Program-made: the position numbers and the translations under genes
Part shown: in pieces, positions 36,901 to 50,000 of the stretch
How positions within the stretch are numbered: the stretch's first letter is position 1
How the letters are laid out: the number at the start of each line of letters is the position of its first letter
Assembly: GCF_964204645.1 (NCBI RefSeq)
Contig: NC_134027.1
Coordinates: 22,902,560-22,966,559, forward strand
Length of the DNA stretch: 64,000 nucleotides
Source: Tubulanus polymorphus
Lineage: Eukaryota; Animalia; Nemertea
Direction of reading: 5' to 3'
The notes under the pieces: generated by a model
What the model was told of the DNA's origin: nothing
Database searches by the model: none
Seen by the model: the letters and a program-made list of their open reading frames with translations, nothing else

Positions 36901-37758
36901 AGATCAATTATTGTCTTCAAGCCATTAAATGGTAGATGCATTTAAATAACAGAAATACCTGAACACGGGCTCTGAAAATGCTAGTGACTCATCTGAATTG
37001 GTTCAAATCCCATTATTACGCCGTTCTTTGAATTTGTGAAAATAACTTTTTTTAAATTCAGGAAAAATGAAACTAAAGATTCAACAACAGGTAAATTTGT
37101 TAAAAAATACTAGAAATATGAATTGTTTTCCCTGCTTCTAAATAATGAATATTTTTTGATAATATTATACTACAATTGAATATTATTGATAATTACATCA
37201 TATCTGAACGTATTTATAACATTTCAGTTTATTCTAACAGTAATGAACTCAAGGACACCGATTCACGTATGTATATCTAGTGCATTTTAAACTATCCCGT
37301 CTAATCGAGCAAAACAACAATATCAATGAAAACTAATAGCTATTGTTTCATTCTAAAGGGTGGATTGCTGCCCGAAACGTTAGAAAAACACAATAGCTGT
37401 TTTTGATTGATCTCGTGGGTTTTGCTCAATTAAATTGAAGACTGGAAATAGTCTCACCTATCTATAACTACCCCGCCTTTCTGTCAATAATTTCTATTGT
37501 ATATTGAAAAAAATATTATAATTTTTCAGGTGTTTACGCCGCGGTGACGCCGTATGTGTCGTTTTGTGGTAAGTATTTTCTCGAACATTCTTGCGAACAC
37601 CGCGTAGAAACATGAAGATATGATCGTTCCGCGACCTTTTCGGGACAGTAATATAATTGTAATGTATACATCCACTTCGTGAAACTTTACCTTCTTTTCC
37701 TTCATTTAAAGCAGAGCTCGAGCCCGATCAGAACAATTATGAAGAAGTCAGGAACTAA
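33919..37758 (+). CDS. Gene C: short V-less paralogue (2 Ig, FN3, FN3-like, TM, B-type tail); possible frameshift before the TM exon
   Basis: Start micro-exon ATGTATAGAAAC|gtaaga (33919-33930) is homologous to the B start exon. Candidate leader ends at 34142. Ig 34264-34539 and 34664-34924, FN3 35163-35456, FN3-like 35940-36220, TM ~36614-36761 (VGFVLSIIAFVLVVILLVLLLMKR), tail micro-exons near 37062, 37228, 37530 and 37714, ending NYEEVRN* at 37758. Confidence 0.65.
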
Positions 37759-39569
37759 CAGATACTAATAACCAGCTTGGACTTCTTATCGACTGAAAGT
37801 TGTGTAATATAGAGTATGTAACAAAGATGTTGTGCCTGGGCCCATCGAATATTACACTCCGTGTTCAAAACTGTGGATTAGGGATACCGGTTCATTCGTG
37901 ACGGTGTTACGGTCCCGTTTTGTCTGACGAATCGCATGTAGTTTCTTTTCAATGGATGAAATCGATCCTTTTCGGAAGAAATAACATAATTGATAAGAGT
38001 TCAAATGTCAAATTAATGCCTCGAGGAAAATGAGAATATTTTCAAATGCAGATAATTCCTGAATACAGGGATAGTATTTGTACATGTATGTATATTTGTA
38101 ACATAGATGCAGCTCCGATCTGTGATACGTGTCTCTCGAGAGTGATATTTTGTTCTCAATCGAAACATTTTCTTTTGTTATTACATTTTGTACGAATTAC
38201 GTTGGATTATTTGTGGGTAAAATATCTGTATCTTATCATTATCGATATTAATCTATTTAATCGATTTGTTTATTCAATTTGTTTATCTAAATCATTTAAT
38301 CAAGGCTAGGCCGTACTTTGTAAAGTTAACCTGATGTTGATTTGAAAATAATGAAATATTGCTGTTTTCCATAACGGAATGTATACAATAGATTCTCCTT
38401 CTCTCACTCAAGTTTACATCTACCTTTCAAACAACATCTACATTTTTCCTCTCTCAATAATTACACATGAAACAATCTTATAGGGTTTAAGAGCCTTGTT
38501 CTATCGTCTATATGTATTGGCTATTTTATGTAAACTTCTTTCAGAATAACGAATAAATAACGCTCAGTTGAATTTAGTTGAATTACAATTTTCGCTTGCG
38601 TTTCAAATTTCAGGCTTCATTTCGCAAAGATTTGTTGCTGTTTTCACCATTATTTACCAAAAAAGTTGACAATCGAAACTATTTCAATCAAACTCTCAGG
38701 AAGGAGAGAATTTGTGATTTTGTTTACGACACGTTGAAAGATGTCGGAGACATACAGTTGGAACCTCGTTGATACGAATCTAGCGGGTGGCGCCGATATA
38801 TCCGTGTTAAACGGGTTTCTTATTGAACCGAGTCATACTAATACTTAGAAGTCATTTCTTTTGGAACTGTGGAGCCTGATGTAGATTAAAATGAAATAAT
38901 GTCTCAATTTATATTTATGTCTATAGGGGAAAATAGAAAAAACGCCCATATTCAATATAAAATATAAAATAATTCAAACACGTAGATTGCATATATACGA
39001 AACTGAATATTTTTTTATTAAAAATAGAAAATTCTGCAAAAGCGTTTGCAATGGTGTATTAGATATATTATCATTCATTACATATACATGTATAACAAGC
39101 CAAACAAATCGTAACACGAACAATTGAGTATCAAAGTATCAATTTAAAAAGCCATAGTGCAAAAATATCTGTTTCTTAAATCCAAGCATAACAAGAAAAA
39201 AATGCCATTTGAAAAATACTATGATATCGACATCTTTTTATTTATCTTGGAGATACGTGCATTGACATTCCCTTATCACAGACACGCGTCAGAGAAATCA
39301 ACCACAGTGTCAATGGCTATTAGGCGTTGAGTAACGGAATAGTTCTATATAGAGATAGGTGAAAACTATCAGGTTTTGTGTAAAACAAGTAGTTCTTAGA
39401 AATGATTGAAACTATTGTGACTGCAAAAAAGGGGCCAATGGACCAAGTAAGCATTCGAGAAGAAATCATTTCTTGAGGACAGAACTAAATGAACCACTCA
39501 ACACTACAAATATTGACCAGTTCACCAGATAATTTTTGCACAAGGAAGAATCATGGGTTTACGCTGGTA

Positions 39570-39794
39570 TAAGGCTAAACAAAAATGATACCTTGTTTCT
39601 CCTAATCGGCCGGGTAATTTTTGTAAAATATCATAAGATTTGTAATCAGTTCATTTTTTTATAGCTGCCGGGTCTGTAATGGTAAAATTGATCACGATTT
39701 AAAAAAAGTAATGTGCAGGGTAGATAGGCGGCCGGCCGGGTCAACTCTTAAGCTCGAGAGATCGGAGAAACAAGGTATCAATTTTCTGGCCTAA
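39570..39794. mobile_element. Short MITE-like inverted-repeat element
   Basis: aaaatgataccttgtttctcc / ggagaaacaaggtatcaatttt inverted pair. Confidence 0.5.
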
Positions 39795-41038
39795 GACCAG
39801 TGTATCAGTCTGAAATAATTGCGATCCAGTCCCACCCACCTCATCAAATGATGCTGGTTACATTCTACAAAATCCCTTTCAAGTTGCTCAAGTTTAAGTT
39901 AACTGGAGGACGGTATTGAATGAAATGACCACACGAAACTTGAGGAGGACAGCCATCTTCTCAAAAAGGAAGGGCAACCAATATTACACCAATTATATCA
40001 ATACAATTTAAAAGAAAATAATATTAGACCAATATACACAGTAAATATTTGTAAAGAATATACGCATCATTGTTTAACATAGCTGCATAATTAATTGTTA
40101 AATAACAACGTTAGCCATCTATAAAATGTCGAACCTACAGTTCGATATGGACTGTTAATATTTTGATGATGTTTGGATGGATAAGCGATGTGGTTTGCTC
40201 TATTTCTCGCCTGTTGGATGTCTAGAATGATTTGGCAACTTCGCGATGAAGATGGAAAATTGAAAAGTGAATTAACAGTGAAATTAACGTTGCTTGGACT
40301 TAAAATTAGCGAAAATTATCTTCTCTTAATATTACAAATAATTGATAATACATCAGTGAGCTCACAATTAGATATTAGGTCATATTTGGTATAAATATAA
40401 TTGACGATAATATCTTGTTACTGTATAAGTCCTTTTATAGAAAAATATATAATATTGTACTATCCTTTTATAGAAAAATATATAATATTGTACTATGTTC
40501 TTATATAAATAGTTAATGTGCGTTTAGTCAAGTTCAGTTCTTGTATTTCTCTCTGACACTTGTTCCCAAACCCATCGTGGGGATTTTGGTTTTCTTCCAA
40601 TTTCAATGTGGCAAGTGAGTATTTTACACAGATATTATGCATGCAAACCGAAGGGCTACATTTAAATCATATTTCAAAATCAACCCTACCACATTGAAAA
40701 AACTGTTAGAAACCAGCAGTGTTTTGTTAAAATACTACAAAATAGATGCCGGATCCCGTTTCACCATGATTAGTCATGATATCCGTATGTTACTTTCAAA
40801 CCTAATAGAGAACTGTAGAACTAGATCCAGAAATGTCTCTACTAGATATTGCGATTGTTCTAGGGGCGGATTGAGCAAGAGATCACGAAAACCTGTGAGA
40901 ACGAAAGGATCTGATCGAGGTCCAGGAATTACACCAGACATTACGTCGACAGTCGTATGATATCAGTGATAACATGCTACATAGAATCCTAAGAACCTCG
41001 CTCGACTGAACACAGTGGATGAGACAATAATACAAAAA

Positions 41039-44000
41039 TCAACAACTCTTTTCCTGCTGCTCTTTTTCTTCACGTTGTCTGCGTCGTTCGGCCTCTTCTG
41101 CTTCCAAACGAGCGACGAGTTCAGCTTGAACTTGCGGCTCAACGACGCGACCGAGTTCTGAGTACGTCGAAAAATCATCGAAATCACCGATAAGCACACC
41201 AGGGGGCGCTTGAATTTTGACGTTGTTAACGACGTGTAAATAGATCGGTTCTTTTCTCAGTTCTTCTACATCGTCTGCATTGAATGCAGGGTTGTCGACA
41301 CCACAGTTAACGTACTTTACGATATCCCCATCGTCATCGTTGTAAACGTCTTGATAAGGATTCTCTTTGTCGCCAATTGTTTGATAGGGATTTTCTGAAA
41401 TCATACGCGTAACAACATTTAGTGAATTCAACAAACAATCCGTCAAACGATTCAGTTGGCCAGTCTACATCTGGGAATTGAAGGTTACATTAAATCTATC
41501 AAACCCTCCCGCATAAAAGTGGCTGCTTTCTGAAATGCCCATGACATCGTCAAGTCTGCCCACTAGTGATTGGATATTTACTTCACGCCCTATTTTCCAC
41601 AATAAACTCTGCCTTACTTGTACTTCTTTTCTTTTCCCTTTTCGAAACGGTATTTTAGAGTTAGCGTATCGGACATCGCACAAAATTCCGATTCTCTCGT
41701 TAGAATCGGTGTAAACGTAGAACTCACCCATTTCGTAGTTTCCATTTGTCTCTGCTTTTTTCGCCTTCTTTCCTTTACGCGTTTTGTTTTTATCGACTTG
41801 CGCGTACAATGGTTCTGCACTATCTACCGACCCTGAAGAGAAAACACGGGATGTGAATATTTTAGAAACTAACTTCACGTCATACTTTTTTCTCGAATAT
41901 CTAATTTGGCATTTCATTTTGTGTAGCCAACACATTATTTTCTTCGAAAAAGTTTCTGAATGTACTTTTGCTAGAAATAAAATCCCTTTAGTATAGATTT
42001 CATTCTGTGCATTTCACCTTTCGTTTTCTTTTTCTTGCTTTTATCCACATTGGAGTAAATTGGATCAGTACCGCTTGCACCATTTACGACTGAAAATAAG
42101 CCACACGTTTGAAAAAATCGGCAAAATCATTGTCATTTCATCTATCATTCATGACAACCTTCGCATTCTTTATAACAACAACGATTCAGTAATAATACTA
42201 AACTGGGAGCCGTGATATCAATGATTGAGGAAAAATAAAATCCCTTTAGTATTGATTTCATTCTATGCATTTACCTTTCGTTTTCTTTTTCTTGCTTTTA
42301 TCCACATTGGAGTAAATTGGATCAGTACCGCTTGCACCATTCATGACTGAAAATAAGCCACAAGTTTGAAAAAACCAGCAAAAACAATTTCATACAATTC
42401 TATTCGAGAAAATCATTGTTATGTCATCTATTATTCCTGACAACATTCGCATTATTTACAACAACAACGATTCAGTAGTAATACTAAACTGGGAGTCATA
42501 ATTTCAATGATTGAGGAAAATCATGATTAGTTTCTTAACAAAGCTTTTTCATCGAAAGTGGCTTTATTGATTCTGTACAAATTATCACGCATTTCTACGG
42601 CAATTGACGGCACTCTTTGTGTTTTCAATGATTTCAAGGAATCGGTAAAATCATGATTAGTTTCTAATGTAAAACCTCTAATGGAAGGTACACCGTAGTC
42701 TATGCACTAATGGTAGCATGGAATAGTGCGCGACCAATTTCATTAAATCTTTAGTCTAATACATCGTAAATAAAAATCGTAGCGGAAAATGCTTTTTGAT
42801 TTTTTTTTCACTTTATCTAGTTGGTTTTCATAAAACGAAATTTGAAAGAGTAAAACTATTTCCATTTCCTCTATGTAACTATGTGATTCGGTAAGTTCTT
42901 TGTGAATATACGGCACATTTAATCCTGCTATTCTAAGGGCATTTCACCAAATACGTTGATCGGTTCCTTGGTATCATTCTAGATTTGACAAACACTTGTT
43001 TACCTTGATTCTGATTTCGTTTTTTCTTTTTGTCAACCTGTGCGTAAATCGGTTCTCCTGAAAATAATAGAATTCAAAATCTATTCCGATCGCCTGTACC
43101 ATTCTTCTGGTCAATGATCGAGCAAATGATAGGCTTTTATAGATCTTGAACTTGAACTTGAACTTGAACTTTAATTTCATTGCTCCATATAATACAGAAG
43201 TTACATAGGAAATGACATGCAATAAAATATTAACATCAAAACACAGGGAAAACAGTACAAGAGTGGACATACGTTTAAAATCGCTTTTATAATGGATAAC
43301 ATAGGAAAAGAGAATATTTACAAATAAAATATGTTAAACGTAAAACAAAATATAATACTACAGCAAGGAAACTAGGTGGCGATACAATCAAGTGAATATA
43401 ATATAAAAGAATCAAAGTGTTGAACGGAGGGCAAGTAAAGAGTTAACTAGGTTACACATAAGGCTGGCAATTTCATAGTCTCCGTTGTTATAGGACATCA
43501 AAAATAGGAATTTATCGAAAACACAAAAAGACTCAAACTCTGTGAAACATACAAGTGAGGATAAAATGGAAACTCTGGCAGGATGAAGCGAGGGACACTC
43601 GAACGAGCCATCAATATTGCATCATTTGGCAATTCCCGAATATAAGTGATCACTGTACACTACCGGACATTACCGAACATTACCGATCACTTCGATCATT
43701 ACATCCAAAAATACGAACTTGAATTCGCTACACTTTAAATCAAGCTTCGGACTTAGATATTGAGATAATGAATACGTTAATTGATTCGCGGCTCGGAAAT
43801 ACTCGGTGGTTTTACGGAGATATCCGGCAATATCGAGCGGTCCAAAAAATCGATAAAGATAGGGCATCGTAACATAAAGATAAAACTCTTACCAGTTTTC
43901 GTGACTCCATCTTCTGAAACTGCGAATATAGAAATGGATTTATTTAAGTACTTATAATGTATTAGTTCTAATTCAGTTTTGACAATATTTGTGATACAGT

Positions 44001-47000
44001 AATACTACGTAAAATCCTACAATTGTAAATTGGCTAGAAAAGTTTATTCTAAAATTACTCGTGATAATCTGGGGGATTACTGCCACCCTCCTACGAACAG
44101 TCTTAACTTTAAAGGGAGACGGATGAAGGAGACTTTTAAGATAGAAGCAGAGTGTTAGCAGCCACCCGCAATATTTTCGATGATTCTTTTAACAAACCTT
44201 CTACTCAATTCAGTAGATCAGAAAATATCTTTATTTCAATAATGACGAAGTCTCAATGAAATGAGGAAATGAACCGATTGCTTACCAAGATCGCCAATGT
44301 TCGAATACGGATCTGAAAATATGAAATATGTTTAAGCAACTCATAGACGGTATTGTGATTGAAGAATATTTTATAAAAGTCCGATCTTTAACTTAAAAAC
44401 TCTGTGCTGAAGATAGAAAATATTTTTTTCTTTTTCTTTTGCCCATGCGGGATCTAAGAGGACAAAGACAAACGAGAATTTCAATAGTATTTTTCTCTGA
44501 AGAAATAGAAAAACCCTAATAATTTGTGCCAATTTTGATACTAACTAAGAAATTCTCGAAACATTTAGGGATGCGATATAACCAAAAATATTGTGGAGAT
44601 AACGTAGTTCATAATGCGAATTAAAATCTGACTGACAAAGATTTTCGACAATAATTTGTGACATGAAACCTGTTGCAATAAACTGTTTGCGTAAATTTTC
44701 GGCGTGTAAGAAAGTTGTAAAATTGTGACATTACCGAAGTCATCGGTAGTGACGTAATTATCTTTGGTCGGTGGACTTTTAGGTTTTTTGTTGACTCGCG
44801 TGTACACGTCACCTAAATGCAGAAAATAGAAAACAAATATTTGAACAAAAAATCCAATATATGTTTATTGTTTAGATGAGATGAAAGGTTTAAAGTGGCA
44901 AATTTTACCTCTAGGTCCGGCTACATGTCCATCGATATCGTTATCGTTCGGAGGAGGAACTGAAGCCGAACTGTAAAAAAGGGAAACACAATTTTTTTGT
45001 GGCGATCGCCTGGGCTGGAAAGGGAATCTCTGACATGGAATTAAGTTAAACAAATAGGAATTGAAATCTCTAGTTTCTACCTTCTCGAGCTATTTTTTGT
45101 CCAGATCCATTGACCTTCTCGACGCCTTTTCACGAATAGCAACACGAACACAATGACGATGAGGGCGAGCAACAATACACCCACAACAACACCTCCGATC
45201 AGTGCAACATTGGTAGTAACTGAGAGGATCGAAAAATGGGAAAATAAAATGTGCAAATTATGACAAGGAAGTATCGATGGGCCTGGATTTCAACAGAGAT
45301 ATTTTTCATTAAGAGCGAACTAGCAAAATGACTATAGGTATGGGATATCTATGCATTTATTTGTTTTTTAATCTTTCTTTTCAACGTTTGCATCTTGGTT
45401 TACCGACACTAACCCGCAAATATTTACCTGGAATTTCAACCCGATGGCTCAGAATCACGTCACTTCTCTCAATTACAATCAGTTTGTAACTGTATGCTTT
45501 ATCGGGATCGATTTTAATCTCAATACTAATCGGACCACCAGTACTTTCTTGTTTCGTAGAATTAAAACATTCGTTTGTATGTTTGATACAGTATTTCACG
45601 TAGACGCTGTACTTCGACGGAAACGACGACATTTTTATCAGGACACTATTTCCTTGCTGTGTTACTGTCGCTTGCTTCAATACGGTGTTTATAGCGCTTG
45701 GAATAGCTAGAAAATTAGAAACCATGAATTCGATTTCAAAAAAGACCGGAAAAAATTATATCATCAACACAATCATCTAGAATGGAGTACGCGAAGCCAA
45801 TCCCACTAGCTGGAACTAACAGCCGAGTTAGAATCCTCAAGATCGGGGATCAAGGAGGCACGTATGTCGCTACGTATTTGGATTCCGATATTTGTATCAG
45901 TAGGAAGCTCCTGGACTCTGTTTTTGGGCTTAAAATGATGCAACATCGAATGTGAATGATATCGGAAAAGTTAACTGGTAAAATAATCCGAAACAGCATT
46001 TCGTTCGATTGTCGTCGTTGACGGTAACAAACACGAAATGAGGAATTTCCGAAAATGAGGAATTTAACTCAGCGAAATTAACTTAATTAATAGTTAGTTA
46101 ATTTCACATAAAGAAATGAGGAATTTGTGCGTTAAAGTAATCGAACGAGCTTAAGGATAGGCCTGTATTTATATCTTACTAAACTTACATATCTTACAAG
46201 TCTCGGATCTTACCATTTGTTCTAGTTGTAACTATATCAGTAAATGGACTCGTATTATCACCGGGATTTAAGTTGACACTTTTCACTTTGAACTGATAAT
46301 CAGTTGATGGTTTTAATCCAGTTATTTTCGTTTGCACCAGTTTTCTATAACCGGGATCGGGTATTTCAGCTTTATTCACGATTTGTGTAGCATCCGATAC
46401 TCTGTAACTGACGGCGAACGTTTGTTTGGCACCACCCTCAAATTCAGACACCCAACTCAGCGTCACAGAAACAGCTGTTTTTGTAATAACTGACAGACTT
46501 GACGGTGTTTGGGGAGGTCCTGAAACCACAAGAAAAAAAAGAAATTCGTTATATAGTTCGCGCGCTGCACTAATTTATTAGGATCCCAGTTCAGCAAAAT
46601 GCAGTCTCGTGTTATTCAGAGTGTTACTCCGGTATTAATCTGAAGCCTGGGCCCAGCATCCCTCCAGACATCCGACAACTCAAATATTATCAATTGATGA
46701 ACGACTAACAAAAGAGTTATCATTGCAAATAGGTTTCAGGCTGCAATCGATATTTGCAGGTTTTATTAGTATTGATAAGTGGTAAATAGTGCTATAGTGC
46801 AAATGACTGCGAATTTCTGAAAACAACATATCATTCGAAATAGCACATGATTCTTACCAGTTTCTGTGAGTTTCAGTGTTATCTCTATGCTACCAACTGA
46901 GTTATTGAGTTTACACGAATAGGATCCATAATCAGATGCCTGAACTGATTGTATGTTGACATCCCACTGCGTTAAACTGGTATTTTTCATTACGTGGCGG

Positions 47001-50000
47001 CCATTTGTTGAATTGTGTCTACAGTTGAGAGTTGTCGCTAGCGGATTTGCATCGTAGTTTATCGTAAGTGTAACACTTTCTCCTATATTTGCGGCAACGG
47101 GCTCAACTTGTGAAGAAAGCTGCGGTGCATCTATTGTAGAATTAAACTAAATATGTAATATTGTATCTAGTGTATATCGAATAAAAAGTTTCTAAAAAAT
47201 ACAAGAGTAATTTTTTTCAGCACTTGAAATATGAAAGAATGTACAGTGTACTCTCAAATGAAGATATGTACCAGTTGAACTAATGCTATGGGGAATTTGA
47301 TCCCCTTGAGTAACGGAGTAGAATTAAAACAAAATATGGATGCAATTCGGAATAGAAATTAGAATAAAGATAGATGAATTGTTGAGAACGTTTTCCTTCG
47401 ATGCGAAGTAATTATGTCCCCCGGACGCTGTCGTTGTACTGTGTATATACTGGTTGTTTACATTGGACATCGGTGATAAAATATCACTAATATATGGAGT
47501 AAAGTTCACTTGTAAGAACACAACGACGCTTTCGTAGGGTTTTTATTTGTTAATTCTACGCTGAGATAAAGATCAGTTCAGTATAGTCAACTGGTTGCAG
47601 CGGACATCGGCTATAAAAAGTAACTGATAAATGGAGTAAAATTCCCTCGTATAAAATCATATCAGGTTTTTACAAGTTTTTTGTGACGAATTAATCATTC
47701 GTGGATTTGATTGATATCCGGTCATCTGATATACACTAACTACTATGTTTTACAAAATTAAAAGATAATTTTTCATTTCATTGCTACCGTAATCCAAGAC
47801 CTCTACCGAAACGGGTACGAATACATCTGATTATTGTGCATTTTCATTTCCCAAGAAGATAAATCGCCTATTCAACACTCACACAATATAAACAACGTCA
47901 TGGATTTGTTGACACCATTGACAGGTTGACTGTTTTGATAAGCTGAACATCTATATTGTCTACCATTTTTATCCTTATTAGTTGGTACTACTAGGCTACT
48001 AGTAGATGCCCGTGCACTGTGAGATCCGGGTTTATGATTTACTGTTGGTTTGGGTGAAATATCTGTCCATGTTGTCGTCCCAGAGCTGTACGCCCAGACA
48101 ATTGTAGACACCGGGTTACTGGAGTCTGTTGCACACGTCAGATTTTTTGATGTACCATGAACAACTGGACCGTTTGGAATTTCAGTCAGTGTTATTGACT
48201 CTGGTGGAACTGAAGATATAACTTTGAACGTCATGATTGATACTTTATTAGACGGTCATTGAAAGATGCGAACAGTGATTTTCTCTTACAGTGAACGGTA
48301 ATCGTTGTATCATTGTTAAGATTTCCAGTTTGACATTGGTATCGAGCCTGATTCATGGTCTTAGTTGACGTGATAGATAATGTACTTGTAGCCACCAACC
48401 CGTGATTGGCTGCACTAGATTGAATCGTAGCTGGTTGAGAGTCAAGTAGTGTCCATGTTGTAGAGGAATTTGTGAACCACTGAATCTGTACAGCTGGGTT
48501 TGACGAGTCAGTTTTACACTCTATCTGTTGATTATTGTTTACTAATACATAATCTGCCGGTTTCTTCACCATTGTCAGTGTTGTTGCTAGAACTAAATTT
48601 TGGATTGTCGCAAGTAAATACAAATTCCCGAGGACGTTGTTTGCAACCAAGGTGTATTTGAATTGACTGCATGAGATTAACCAATAATTTAAAGTTAAAA
48701 AAATCCGGGTACTTACAGTTGATAGTTAATATAACTTTATTAGAAATCATCGGTGTTGATATACCAGCCCCAGTAGCTGTACATTGATATTCTGCCTGGT
48801 TATGTGTTTTAGTGACGGATGTTGAATGTGTTAGAGGACTAACTCCCTGTTTCACAGTGCTGTCCCCTGGTGTTCTAGTTATGGCGAGGTTCGGTACCGG
48901 GTTACCCCCTGTAGCTGTACACGTTAAGTTAACAGATGTTGATTCCTGAACGGGTGACGTCGGTCCTTGTAATGTAACACCACTTGGTGGGTCTGAAATG
49001 AAGGGAAAAATTATCTCTAATTTACACACATTTATGTGAGCGGTCATATCTGTCAAAAATCAGCGTTTCGTCTATCTGCCTGTACTTTGATAAAATGAAA
49101 TAGTCTATCGTCAAAATGTCTTAATGCAACGTCAGCTCGTGTAATATCGGCTTTTTGACACAAGGGGGCATAACTGTACGGATAATATACTGATAACATT
49201 TTTTCTTACTCCGCGATATTTCAAGGTCGTAGGCAGTACGACTGTGTATTGATAAGCCGGTTTTCGGTCTCTATTTTCGATAAGAAACTTGTCTAATAAG
49301 AGACCACAGAACCAGTGTAATTGAGATAGATTGGTTGCCTGTCGAACTCAGGGCAACTTGCATTTGCAGTCCGATTGTAACGACAAGGCATCCAGTCTAT
49401 GTTCCTGATACCGATGTACCGAATCACGCATGAGCCACACCTCAGTAGGAAGTAAACACTGCTGATATACACTGACATACGCAATGGTCTGTCCGTCGGC
49501 ACTGTTTTTTTATGACGGCGTCCTAGAGACATTAATCTATTTTTTATTTTCACTTTCTGGCCATAATTATCTGTGTGTTAACAAAGGCGCAGAAAAGTCT
49601 CCCATGAATACGATTGCTGATCCAGGCCATGACCGCAAAATTTCTAATGCACAAATTAAAAAGGGCAAAAACAGGGATTTGAGAAAATTGTCAGCTTTTC
49701 CTGACAATTTTCTCAAATCCCTTTTCAACGCGCTAAAAGAGGAATTTCTCACCCACGTTTGGGTGCCCTCACCAGAACAGGGTTCCATTCAGGCGCTCGC
49801 GCAAAAACAAAAAATTGCGTTTTTTTTAAATCTTAAGATAGGGATTGACACTATCTAATTTGATCGGTAGATTTCGTAAGATTTTTTTTTGCTTTGATTT
49901 AGCGTCCCTACAAACCTACCACATCAGCCGGGAGCAAATCAGGGGTTTGATTCGAAAATCGAAGTACATTTACAGTTGTTGGATCGGCGGTTGAATATAC

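Noticed and set aside
37300-37430. Inverted repeat with a GAAACGTTAG hammerhead-like half
   Set aside because: The CUGANGA core is missing; at most a decayed Penelope end.
40637-40960. 107-aa plus-strand ORF convergent with A2
   Set aside because: Not preserved in the duplicate at 1-260 (indel and substitutions); lies in the probable 3' UTR of A2.
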